Shown piece by piece: positions 1 through 9,454 of a stretch of 64,000 nucleotides of DNA. The stretch is from assembly GCA_963841565.1 (NCBI GenBank), contig CAWJCY010000001.1, forward strand, positions 64,001 to 128,000, given 5' to 3'. The notes below the pieces were generated by a model. That model was not told the DNA's origin and did not search any database. It saw nothing but the letters and a program-made list of their open reading frames with translations. Source of the stretch: an uncultured Nitrososphaerales archaeon (GTDB lineage: Archaea > Thermoproteota > Nitrososphaeria > Nitrososphaerales > Nitrososphaeraceae). Within the stretch, counting starts at the first letter, position 1. Each line of letters opens with the position of its first letter. The position numbers and the translations under genes are program-made.

Positions 1-114
1 TGTCAGGGATCCTATCTCGAATATATTTCAAGTACTGCATATGTGATTCATGCTTTAGACAAGCGAATTGTTCTACTCCCGCCAGTCGCTATTTGTGGGA
101 CATCTGTACTCGTG

Positions 115-459
115 TTAAAGTGCTTCGTCGCCTGACTCTTTAGAACCAATATCGTATGCTTCGGAGACATCGTAAACAAATATCTTGCCGTCTGACACAG
201 AACCAGTGCCGATCTTTGCAAAGATATCATCTATTATCCCCTTCACCTTCTCGTTGCTGACAAGGACTTCGACTTTCATTCGTGACCCAAATTCAGGTAC
301 ATACCGCATTACTCCTCTTCCAACAGCAACAGGCTCTTGCCTAGTGCGGCCGCGGCCTTTGATATCATAGAACGTTAGGCCTCCTACATCGTGCTGGCGC
401 ATCAGATCGTTCAAATCGCGCAGGCGCTCATGTGGAACTATAAGATCAATTCGTTTCAA
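115..459 (-). CDS. glnK: P-II family nitrogen regulatory protein
   Basis: KRIDLIV...GLTFYDIKGRGR...RMKVEVLV...TGSVSDGKIFV P-II motifs. TTG at 459 preferred over 480 because a TATA-like TTATATAA lies about 25-30 nt upstream. Confidence 0.9.
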   Translation of the reverse strand: MKRIDLIVPHERLRDLNDLMRQHDVGGLTFYDIKGRGRTRQEPVAVGRGVMRYVPEFGSRMKVEVLVSNEKVKGIIDDIFAKIGTGSVSDGKIFVYDVSEAYDIGSKESGDEAL

Positions 460-533
460 ATTCCCTTTGGAGTATGCCAACTTCTTATATAATATTTCTT
501 GAAATAAGGGGTAGGGTGCTGCTTCTATGAATA

Positions 534-884
534 CTAAGTCAGGCTTCTGTCTCCTTCTTCAAGTGTGGCAATATTAATGGCTTGTTCGATACTGGAAAGA
601 AATATAATCCCATCTCCTTGTTCTCCACTCTCTCCACTTCGCGCGTGTTTTACAATGGTCCTAATCACCAGTTCGACTCGATCGTCGGGAACTGCGATTT
701 CAAATTTCATTCTAGGGACAAGATCGTACGACACAGGCTGTCCACGCCACTGCAAATGTAGTTCTCTTTGCCTGCTCCATCCTGAGACCGAAGATACGGT
801 CATACCTCCAATCCCAATATTGCGCAATTGCTCCTTAACCACGGGCATCCTTTCAGCTCTAATGATAGCATGAAGCATTTTCAA
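534..884 (-). CDS. glnK: P-II family nitrogen regulatory protein (second copy)
   Basis: MKMLHAIIR...GMTVSSVSGWSRQR...WRG...PRMKFEIAV...GDGIIF; directly downstream of amt. Confidence 0.9.
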   Translation of the reverse strand: MKMLHAIIRAERMPVVKEQLRNIGIGGMTVSSVSGWSRQRELHLQWRGQPVSYDLVPRMKFEIAVPDDRVELVIRTIVKHARSGESGEQGDGIIFLSSIEQAINIATLEEGDRSLT

Positions 885-962
885 TGAAGGTATTCGTCAA
901 TATGTAATTATGGGTTGTATATATATCGTCTCGTACCGATCATTTCTTCGCCAATCGTTTCC

Positions 963-2198
963 TCATTGTTCAACATATGCTCGTTCGGCGTGTTGAGCAA
1001 TATCTAGACCAATATCTTCTTCAACCTCAGTGACACGAAGACCAATTGTCTTGTCTATCACCTTCAGTATAACGATGGTGCCCACGAACGCAAGAGCAGC
1101 AGCAACTGCTACCCCGAGGGCTTGGATCGCCAACTGAAATGCATTTCCATAAAGCAATCCGTCAGGACCCGCTGGATTTACAAGTGTAGTTGCTACAAAC
1201 CCGATAGCAATTGCCCCAATTATTCCAGTTATGCCGTGTACCGAACTCACGTCGAGTGCGTCATCAATTTTCAATCGTTCCTTGATAAGGAGGATGCCAA
1301 AATAGGAAGCGAACCCTAAAACTATTCCTAAAAAGAAAGAGCTCTGTGCGGTTATGAACCCTGCAGCTGGAGTCACGCCCGCAAGACCGCAGATAGCACC
1401 GTTGATCGCTGCCGTTGTAGATGGTTTCTTTGATCTTTTCCAAGATAGCAGAATCCAGACTACTGCGGAAGTAACTGCTCCAATCTGAGTCACAAGGAAT
1501 GCATTAGCCGCCAAAGAACCTGATGCTAGTGCACTGCCAGCATTAAATCCAAACCAACCTATCCAAAGCAAGGATGCACCCAGAACTGCGAGAGGAATAT
1601 TATGCGGAACCATGATATCTGGACCAAAATTCTTTCGCCGCCCCAAAACGAGTGCTGCGGCGATGGAGGCTAAACCTGCTGAAGTGTGAATTACGATACC
1701 TCCTGCAAAGTCATATACTCCCAGACTGGCTAGCCAGCCTCCTCCCCAGACCCAATGTGCGAGAGGGAAATATACTACAAAGCTCCATGCTACGATAAAA
1801 ATTACAAAACCACTGAATTTTACACGTTCAGCAAATGCGCCAGTTATCAGAAGAGGAGTTATAACCGCAAACATCATTTGGAATGTCGCAAATGTCACGC
1901 CCGGAATAGATGGTGCATAATCCAAGGCACTGTCAAAAGGTACTTCATTGAAGAAAGCCCATTGCAATCCCCCAATAATACCACCTATTGATGGGGAGAA
2001 TACTAATGTGAAACCTATCAGAAACCACAAAACAGAAAGAATTGCTAGACCCGAAAAAGTTTGCATCATCACGGATAAAGAATTTTTGCCTCTGATGAGT
2101 CCCGCTTCAAAGAAGCCCAGTGCGGGTGTCATAAGTAGGACCAAGCCTGTAGCAACCATCATCCAAGCAGTATCACCAGTATCTATCGGCACTTCCAT
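963..2198 (-). CDS. amt: Ammonium transporter (Amt family)
   Basis: IDTGDTAWM, FQMMFAVIT, YFPLAHWVWGGGWL, DFAGGIVIH, GWFGFNAGS, DDALDVSSVHG. Start set at ATG 2198 (MEVPID); the 75-codon ORF-track extension runs through the promoter. Confidence 0.96.
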   Translation of the reverse strand: MEVPIDTGDTAWMMVATGLVLLMTPALGFFEAGLIRGKNSLSVMMQTFSGLAILSVLWFLIGFTLVFSPSIGGIIGGLQWAFFNEVPFDSALDYAPSIPGVTFATFQMMFAVITPLLITGAFAERVKFSGFVIFIVAWSFVVYFPLAHWVWGGGWLASLGVYDFAGGIVIHTSAGLASIAAALVLGRRKNFGPDIMVPHNIPLAVLGASLLWIGWFGFNAGSALASGSLAANAFLVTQIGAVTSAVVWILLSWKRSKKPSTTAAINGAICGLAGVTPAAGFITAQSSFFLGIVLGFASYFGILLIKERLKIDDALDVSSVHGITGIIGAIAIGFVATTLVNPAGPDGLLYGNAFQLAIQALGVAVAAALAFVGTIVILKVIDKTIGLRVTEVEEDIGLDIAQHAERAYVEQ

Positions 2199-2215
2199 GA
2201 TACATTCGCCCGAAG

Positions 2216-2231
2216 TATAAAAATTTTTATA
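2216..2231. promoter_or_regulatory. Perfect 16-bp AT palindrome overlapping the probable amt TATA box
   Basis: TATAAAAATTTTTATA, 18-33 nt upstream of the amt ATG. Confidence 0.5.
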
Positions 2232-2831
2232 AACAGATACTCTAGCCAGGCCCAAGTTGTCACCATTGGTATCGTCAACCTTGAAATTAGATAGAATATG
2301 GAAGTAATTATATCCGCTATACAGGAAGAGATATGAACTTAACTGTACCAAATAAAAAATACAAGGATTGTGTAGATAAATCTCTGGTACATTAGATGGA
2401 GAAATATAGATCTTTACTAACAACTGGTAATTTGAATATTAACAATATCTCAACCCAACTCACATTCAGATTACATAGATTGCGCTCGCAGATATCAAAT
2501 GAGCATTCAAACATCGATCGATTCTGTTTAACCTTTTGTTCAGAAGCAACTGATATTAGTGGAAGATTGAAAGTGGATGATCATGCATAAATATCATAGA
2601 TCAGATATATTTTATCAAGACTCAAATCAGTCGACAGTATCCAATTTTAACCACGTCAATACCGATTTCAAGCACCTTTGATCAAAATGCCACGTAGAAA
2701 TTACGTCCACTTTTCATTCGTATTTTGTGATTCAGCATTAATTTTTTAATTCGTTGAAAGGCTTCGGGTAAACTGAGGACACAATACTTAAAAAAAACAT
2801 TTTAAAGTGACATGAAGCAATATTACTTAGA

Positions 2832-3383
2832 ATGGTCAAAACAGAATCCACAAACACCCTTAGGACCGGTCAACCTGCTCCACAATTTAGTTTGAGGGGA
2901 ATTGACGAAAATACATATTCGTTAGAAAATTTTTCGGAGAGCAAAATATTGTTAGTCGTCTTCATTTGTAACCATTGCCCTTACGTAAAGGCTAGGATAG
3001 GCGACCTTGTTCGGCTCCAGTCTAAATTTTCAACAGATGATTTGACTATATTAGGCATTAATAGTAACGATCCCAATTACGAGAACGAAGGATTTGATAA
3101 CATGATCAAGTTTGGAAGAGAGTACAAGCTTAATTTCCCATACTTAATTGACGAAACTCAAACTATAGCAAAGTCATATGGTGCAGTTTGTACCCCAGAC
3201 CCATTTCTTTTTGATGACAAACGCAGACTCGTATATCATGGACGTATAAATGATGCGGTCGATCCGCAGATGAGTCCCAAAACTCCCATTCTAGAGGATA
3301 ATATTAAGAAGCTCCTTTCAGGAAATCTGATTGAAAAGGATTTCTTTCCTTCAATTGGATGTTCCATTAAGTGGATTAGCTGA
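2832..3383 (+). CDS. Thioredoxin-fold AhpC/TSA (peroxiredoxin-like) protein
   Basis: VVFICNHCPYV, YGAVCTPDPFLFD, YHGRIND, SIGCSIKW. Confidence 0.88.
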   Translation: MVKTESTNTLRTGQPAPQFSLRGIDENTYSLENFSESKILLVVFICNHCPYVKARIGDLVRLQSKFSTDDLTILGINSNDPNYENEGFDNMIKFGREYKLNFPYLIDETQTIAKSYGAVCTPDPFLFDDKRRLVYHGRINDAVDPQMSPKTPILEDNIKKLLSGNLIEKDFFPSIGCSIKWIS

Positions 3384-3443
3384 GGATGTTCAACCCTGAA
3401 TTGATCTCCTTTCAAGAGATGAGGGTTGGAGCATGATATTCGC

Positions 3444-5321
3444 CTAACCATACTTATAGGAGACACCCTTAACACCACGAGGATGTCTCCATAAGGTTTC
3501 ATATGCGCAAGTACCGCACTCTATGCACCCTTCGTGCTGCAAAATTACATCTCCATTTTCACTACTGTAACAGCGCGTGGGACATAAAGATACCATCTTT
3601 TGCATAAAATCACTTCGAGGCTTCGTAACCTGGATATGCGACACTGAATCATCATCGTAATCCAGTTTCGCGATCCTTTCCTGCAATGAGGGAGTATTTG
3701 GGACATAGTTACTATCAATCGGCTTGCCTAACCGATCAGCTAACTCAACGGGAACATTAACATAAGTATCAACAGATTCAACCAATGGTAATAGGCGGTC
3801 AAAACCGAGCATATTTGCAAATCCTACCGCAATGCCCCTTAATGTGCCGCTGGACATTAGCTTGAAAATCATTCCATATCTAGAACCTACTATATCTTTT
3901 GGGATATTCTTGCTGCAATCAAGGAAAATCTTCAGGTAATCCTTGTCAATTTCTTTCATATCTCTCGTATAGGGGCTCTCTTCTACAGATTTTGTGTAGA
4001 AATTACCAAGATATTGCTGATCGAAATTGTTCCTATCTAAAGACCGTGCGACAGCATTAGCCGCCCTTACTGCATCATCTATACCTACATTAAGCCCCTC
4101 AATTCTAGGGCCTATAAATACTCCACGACCAGCTGCATCGCCTACGAATAGTATATTTTTATAATATGGGGTTTTCATTCTACATCGCTTGCCATCGGGA
4201 ATTAATCTAGCGCTGTATTCTAATTCTACGTAATTATCCCCAAATTCACAGTTGTATTTCTCTACTAATTCCTTCTCTAGATTGTTGATCCTACTCTCAA
4301 TCTCTTCTTTTGTCTTATATTTGCCGCTCTCAATTAGTCGCTTGATTCCATCCTTAGAAAAGTAATCAGAGCGGAGGTTGTTCCAAGCCTTTAATAACTT
4401 GACTGCCATGAAATGCTGGCGAATCTCTTCGTCCTTTGAGATCAAGGCTTGATTAGACTTTCGAGTTGGAACTCTATCTTTGATGAATTCTGCTACTAAT
4501 TTATTTTGTATTAAAGCATCGATTAGTCGTGAAGGTTCCACGGGATTAACCATCATTGAGTCCATATGATATACGGCTCCAAGAGAAATGGTGTCCCTGT
4601 TCGTATACAAAAAACCTCCGCCTATGTGATTCATAGTAACATCTCCCGCAAACAAATGCGCGGCCCCTTCATCATTTGTAATATTAAACCTTTCTTCCAA
4701 AATTGTTTCAGGAAGCCTGATTACGACCTTTACTCCTTGGTAAAGTTGTTCGGACGAGAATTTGTTCCTCGCTCCGGTAACATCAGCTAGTTCAGAGTTT
4801 GCGCCATCAGCTGAAATGACTGCCTTTACTCTAAATGGTTCTAGTTCATCTGTCTCTATTACAGTATCATTGCTATCCTTATCCCACCTAACCGATCTTA
4901 CGTGAACCCCAGATATTATCCCTCCCCCCATCTTTTCTGACATGTCGCTTGCCTCTTTGGCAAGCCATGGGATAAGTTTGCTTAGTAAGACGGAGTAGGC
5001 ATAATTAATCTGATATTCGTGGACGGGAGTTAAGTCAATAGAGTACAATTTATCTTTAGATGTGGCGTGCAATATATACTGCGTAATAGCACGCTCATAG
5101 GGGGCCTCGTCGATAAATTCCCTCCCAAACACATCTTCAATATTATACACTCTACCATTTTTCGGTTTTTTAGAGTAGAGAATTCCTCCCGAAACATTCT
5201 TAGTTCCTGTTGTGCCCCCTGCTTCAAGCAAAACAGCCTGTTTTCCAAGGTTTGAGAGTTGGCGTAGTGCAGTAAGACCACTAGTTCCACCTCCAACTAC
5301 TGCGACATCATATCTCTCCAT
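3444..5321 (-). CDS. fixC: FixC-like ETF:quinone oxidoreductase fused to a C-terminal FixX ferredoxin
   Basis: VAVVGGGTSG FAD motif, KNVSGG, GGGFLYTN, VGDAAG; C-terminal CPTRCY...GCIECGTC...WRHPRG. Confidence 0.85.
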   Translation of the reverse strand: MERYDVAVVGGGTSGLTALRQLSNLGKQAVLLEAGGTTGTKNVSGGILYSKKPKNGRVYNIEDVFGREFIDEAPYERAITQYILHATSKDKLYSIDLTPVHEYQINYAYSVLLSKLIPWLAKEASDMSEKMGGGIISGVHVRSVRWDKDSNDTVIETDELEPFRVKAVISADGANSELADVTGARNKFSSEQLYQGVKVVIRLPETILEERFNITNDEGAAHLFAGDVTMNHIGGGFLYTNRDTISLGAVYHMDSMMVNPVEPSRLIDALIQNKLVAEFIKDRVPTRKSNQALISKDEEIRQHFMAVKLLKAWNNLRSDYFSKDGIKRLIESGKYKTKEEIESRINNLEKELVEKYNCEFGDNYVELEYSARLIPDGKRCRMKTPYYKNILFVGDAAGRGVFIGPRIEGLNVGIDDAVRAANAVARSLDRNNFDQQYLGNFYTKSVEESPYTRDMKEIDKDYLKIFLDCSKNIPKDIVGSRYGMIFKLMSSGTLRGIAVGFANMLGFDRLLPLVESVDTYVNVPVELADRLGKPIDSNYVPNTPSLQERIAKLDYDDDSVSHIQVTKPRSDFMQKMVSLCPTRCYSSENGDVILQHEGCIECGTCAYETLWRHPRGVKGVSYKYG

Positions 5322-5324
5322 GTC

Positions 5325-6560
5325 TTAAGCCCTCTTCTCAATCGTTAACATATGTTTTCTTATAAGTTCGGTGAGAACAGGCAAAACTTGCTCCATCCGA
5401 CCTTTTATAAATAGGTCACATTCATCTCTAAATGCTGCATCCATGTCAGGATTTATTACAACTACAAATCCTGATTCTTTCATACCTGCAAGGTGTTGAA
5501 CCGCCCCGCTGATGCCTATGGCAATGTATACTACAGGTGAAACCTTTCTACCACTGGTGCCAATCACCCGTTCAGGAATCATGTAGGACAGCAGACGTTG
5601 ATCCTTAGTCTGATAAGGTTTTTTTGAGATTGGAAGAGATATGCCTATCTCTGCATTTAGTGATTTAGCGAATTGTTCAATCAATTTGAAATTCTCCTCA
5701 GGAGAATCTCTTATCCCTCGACCGTAGCTAACTATGATTTTGCAACTCTCAAAATCAATCGTGGACTTTATAATGCTTCTACTTAGAACCTTGACTCTTA
5801 AATCATCGTCGGAGATCTGGGGTTCAAAATCTATAATCGCTCCTGTCCGCTGATCTTCCTTAGTTAATGGCTCGAAGACCCCTGGAATGATACTGCATGA
5901 CTGCGGATGATAATCTCTAGCGATAGCAGGATTCCTATTGTCAAGGCATAGAATAGTAGTCCACAGAAACCCAGAGAAGTCTGGCCTATACATTTCTAGA
6001 GTTTTTTCGTATTTAGCAAGTTGACCTTTAGTCTTGTGTTCGTGCCTAATTTCAAGGTCCGAAATTACTAACTTATTAATATCGGATGCCAGCCCAGACT
6101 CGAGTTGTGCCAGTACGGTTGAAGACAAATGCCGTCCGGTGTTATCCGCTGAAAAGAACATGTACCTGGGTTTTTTGTAGTTTTCAGAACGATTTGGAGA
6201 TATCGATCTCGCAACATTTTTGTCCTCAACTATTTGACAGATTATCTTCGTGTACAAAAGATTGGTATAGTGTTTTAATGAAGGATTATTTGCGTACACC
6301 ACGGCATCTGCACCAAACTTGATTAGATCCTCACACAAATGTCTAACATTATCGCCTAGTACTACGGCAACCACTTTTTCATTACTTGAGTATTTCTTAT
6401 TGAAATTATCCATGAGTCGCCTCGCTTCACCTAGCATTTCCAAACTAACCGGCACTGGAATGCCTTCTTCATGCTCTATCACAACATAGAGATGTTGGTA
6501 AGGTTCAGCTTTACCTAAATTTTCGGAGTCAGATTCTAAATTTTGTGTCGCGTCGCTCAT
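5325..6560 (-). CDS. fixB: Electron transfer flavoprotein alpha subunit
   Basis: VSLEMLGEARRL, GLASD, RPDFSG, IGTSGRKVSPVVYIAIGISGAVQHLAGM. Confidence 0.9.
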   Translation of the reverse strand: MSDATQNLESDSENLGKAEPYQHLYVVIEHEEGIPVPVSLEMLGEARRLMDNFNKKYSSNEKVVAVVLGDNVRHLCEDLIKFGADAVVYANNPSLKHYTNLLYTKIICQIVEDKNVARSISPNRSENYKKPRYMFFSADNTGRHLSSTVLAQLESGLASDINKLVISDLEIRHEHKTKGQLAKYEKTLEMYRPDFSGFLWTTILCLDNRNPAIARDYHPQSCSIIPGVFEPLTKEDQRTGAIIDFEPQISDDDLRVKVLSRSIIKSTIDFESCKIIVSYGRGIRDSPEENFKLIEQFAKSLNAEIGISLPISKKPYQTKDQRLLSYMIPERVIGTSGRKVSPVVYIAIGISGAVQHLAGMKESGFVVVINPDMDAAFRDECDLFIKGRMEQVLPVLTELIRKHMLTIEKRA

Positions 6561-7465
6561 TTTATTGGCGCCTCCGTCATAAGTTTAAGCAGTTTTTTTG
6601 CAACCGTGTCTAGCTGAGCTGTGTCATTGCCATCAATAAACTCGACTCTCCTCTTGGCCTTCGCCTTTGGAATCTTTTCTACTTTATACACAATCGTTGG
6701 CGAACCAGGAAGACCAACAAACTTAGGATCTGCTCCGAGACCTTCCGAATTATATACTTGAAGATATTTTTCATAATTGTCGGCCTTGCTTCTTGCTTCG
6801 TTGAGATTCCTCGCTAAGGAGAGCCTCTCCGACACTGTATTAAATGAGGGTTTGTATGAAGGATCGGCTGAAATGAAAACTGGTAAAGGAGCCCGAATCT
6901 CTTCTATCACATCATAAAACCCGTATAATGAGATGAATCGTTTAGCATGGATACTCCTACTCTCTTGATCGATATGAAAGTCGATGACATTACCTATGAA
7001 CGGATAACCCAGTTTCCATGCAGTCTGTGGGCCAGTTTGGCCAGTTTCGCCGTCCGATGCTCTATGACCAGAAATGACGATATCGGCACCCAAACCGTTG
7101 TTCATTCGTGATACGCCCAGTCTAAGTACCTCTGCAGTCGCCAAGGTATCCGCGCCGGCAAATATCCTGTCGCTGTACAAGTGCAATTCATCGGCATTGG
7201 AAATGATTTGAGCCTGTTGCAATGCTTGATTAGCGATGGGCGGTCCCATCGTACCAATTGCCACTCTAGCGTCATATTTTACCTTACAATAAAAGGCAGC
7301 CAGTGTGGCTGCAGCGCTATGAGGGCCAAGTATATTTTTTGTTTCTGCCCTGTTAAGTGTGCCATCAGGATTATAACTTACGTTTCCTTCACTAAAGTCC
7401 GGCTCTAATTTGACGATTACTCCCACATTCAATGGTCGTACTGGCATGCAGTCATACCTACCCAT
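6557..7465 (-). CDS. fixA: Electron transfer flavoprotein beta subunit
   Basis: TMGPP, SDRIFAGADTLATA, SDGETGQTGPQ, GLPGSPT; overlaps the alpha-subunit start by 4 nt. Confidence 0.9.
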   Translation of the reverse strand: MGRYDCMPVRPLNVGVIVKLEPDFSEGNVSYNPDGTLNRAETKNILGPHSAAATLAAFYCKVKYDARVAIGTMGPPIANQALQQAQIISNADELHLYSDRIFAGADTLATAEVLRLGVSRMNNGLGADIVISGHRASDGETGQTGPQTAWKLGYPFIGNVIDFHIDQESRSIHAKRFISLYGFYDVIEEIRAPLPVFISADPSYKPSFNTVSERLSLARNLNEARSKADNYEKYLQVYNSEGLGADPKFVGLPGSPTIVYKVEKIPKAKAKRRVEFIDGNDTAQLDTVAKKLLKLMTEAPIK

Positions 7466-7585
7466 AGATACCCTTTAAATGGCTTTTGGACGATGCTCAC
7501 AAGTAATCTTCACAATAAGAAGACTAAAACTAGATTGGATACTATGTGTTGACAGAAACTAAGGATTATGAATATGCATTCATTT

Positions 7586-8314
7586 CTACTGGGCTTGAGG
7601 TAAGCTTAAGGTTTGCTCAAGATAATACGAACGCAATTGTTCGTATAAGCCCCTCAATTCCTTGTATAACTCTGGCATTCTTGGCTCTAATATCGTATAG
7701 GATAGATAAAAGTCCTCCGCCTCCAAAAGGTATCTTTTTATCTTCTTATAGACTACGGGTTTCTTATTCGTTGAAGCGGTATACTCTATGAACTTCATGT
7801 TGTTCACCCGATCTAAAAGCTTGATGCACTTGAGGTCATAATCTGCATTGGCCAAATGAGCACAATAGTTTTGAAATCTTTCTTGTTCAATGTCTTTTTT
7901 AGCGGCCTTACTCCCGTATGATTCAAGTGAGGGAGTTTTTAAAGTGTGAAGCACATTAAGCACGCGACTTCCGAACTGATATCGCAGATATGCGTCAAAT
8001 CCATAAGATCTAGTTTCATAAAGATTAAGGATTCGATCATTATCCTCTAGGACGTCATGTAGAACCGCGCTTGCAATCTCCACTGTTGTAATGGCTTTGT
8101 TATTCTGCCTATAATGAACTGTCACGTTTTTTGCCACTGGCCAAATATGGGTATTTAAGAATGAAGATACCCCGTCTTCTCTTTTGACACCTTCATGAAC
8201 TTCTTCGGCAACAGCCATCGCGCTCTCAAGGAAACCATCTACTCGAATATTTGCATCGTTTTCTAAAAACAAAAGAAAGGATTCTTTGCTAAGCGATTCG
8301 ATGGACAATTCCAT
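7586..8314 (-). CDS. HD-domain hydrolase of the RelA/SpoT hydrolase (Mesh1-like) type
   Basis: HEGVKREDG...THIWPVA...AVLHDVLED...KCIKLLDRVNN; no synthetase domain. Confidence 0.72.
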   Translation of the reverse strand: MELSIESLSKESFLLFLENDANIRVDGFLESAMAVAEEVHEGVKREDGVSSFLNTHIWPVAKNVTVHYRQNNKAITTVEIASAVLHDVLEDNDRILNLYETRSYGFDAYLRYQFGSRVLNVLHTLKTPSLESYGSKAAKKDIEQERFQNYCAHLANADYDLKCIKLLDRVNNMKFIEYTASTNKKPVVYKKIKRYLLEAEDFYLSYTILEPRMPELYKELRGLYEQLRSYYLEQTLSLPQAQ

Positions 8315-9454
8315 ATTATGATATAATCGGAGTTAAAGAAAAGGTTTGCTCGACGTTTTTTGGTCAAATGAAAAAAGGCCTAATTAAAGATTCACTCATT
8401 CGCTCATTCGCTCAATGACCACAGCCCCATTAATACATCAATCTAGTACCGATCAAAATTTGAATCATAAGTTCTCCTATTTTCTTAATGAAATCTCATT
8501 CCCTCTAGGCACAGCAAAGTCTCACAATACATACCAGACCATTCGTCTAACATGATCTTTCCGAGTAACACCATTGTGATTAGGTTTTAAGATTCGCTCC
8601 GAAAATTTTTCTTTACAATCTGTTAGTGCGACCGCTCACGTTGAAACCGCCTGTTCGCAAACCTAGAACACAATTATTTATCGATCTAGATTATGTTAAT
8701 TAAGTCACTTTAGGAGTGACGGCAGTGACTGCAATGACTGCAAGTCTAGTTCTTACACGAAATACTGTGGCATTATTAGTTGGGATCAAAGTCCATAATT
8801 TTATGTACAAGATATGTTCGATGCCTAATTACCGACGCAATTTCATGTTCTCTTTAATATCTAAGTCACGATAATAATAATTAAAAATACTCAGATAACA
8901 TACCCCTAGCGCGTATGCAACTGGGAGATTGACCTAGACACCCTGAGGGCCTTTTGGAAGTCTCTTATCAGCCCTACTAGTTCCAATTTAATTCCATTGC
9001 TACTGGCATTGGCTAAGCCCTTGTCTCCTTTTTGCGGAAAACGGAAAGTCCCTCTTCTAGGTCATTGCCGCTCTCTTAGGCATTTTCCAAATTACGTTCT
9101 GGAGATAGATGAATTTGCGAGTCCCCGATCATAGTCAGTAAATCATATTATCATATTATTGCAATTGCAATATGCACATGTAGATCCAAAAATATATAAC
9201 ATAATTACAATAACCTAGTCTATCTAATGAATTTTTATTATCACGTTGCGAACTTGTTCAACGGAGTCCAACCGTTTATTTCGGACCAAACTAGTTATCA
9301 AAGCTATTCGTATTGTGAAACAATAACTGCATTAGCCAAATTGCTCTTTTTCATCAATTTAGAGCAAAAAAAATACATGTGTAGATGAATCTTTTCCTTT
9401 GATTTAGGTTTGTAAATAGTATTATATTCGCGTAATGATCTTTGTAAGGATGAA

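Noticed and set aside
2199-2423. Long N-terminal extension of Amt in the ORF track
   Set aside because: Runs through the AT-rich promoter; family similarity starts at MEVPIDTGD.
8394-8417. 8-nt tandem repeat (CACTCATT CGCTCATT CGCTCAAT), and a 9-nt repeat near 8715-8742
   Set aside because: Only three degenerate units each and no spacers; not CRISPR and no supported function.
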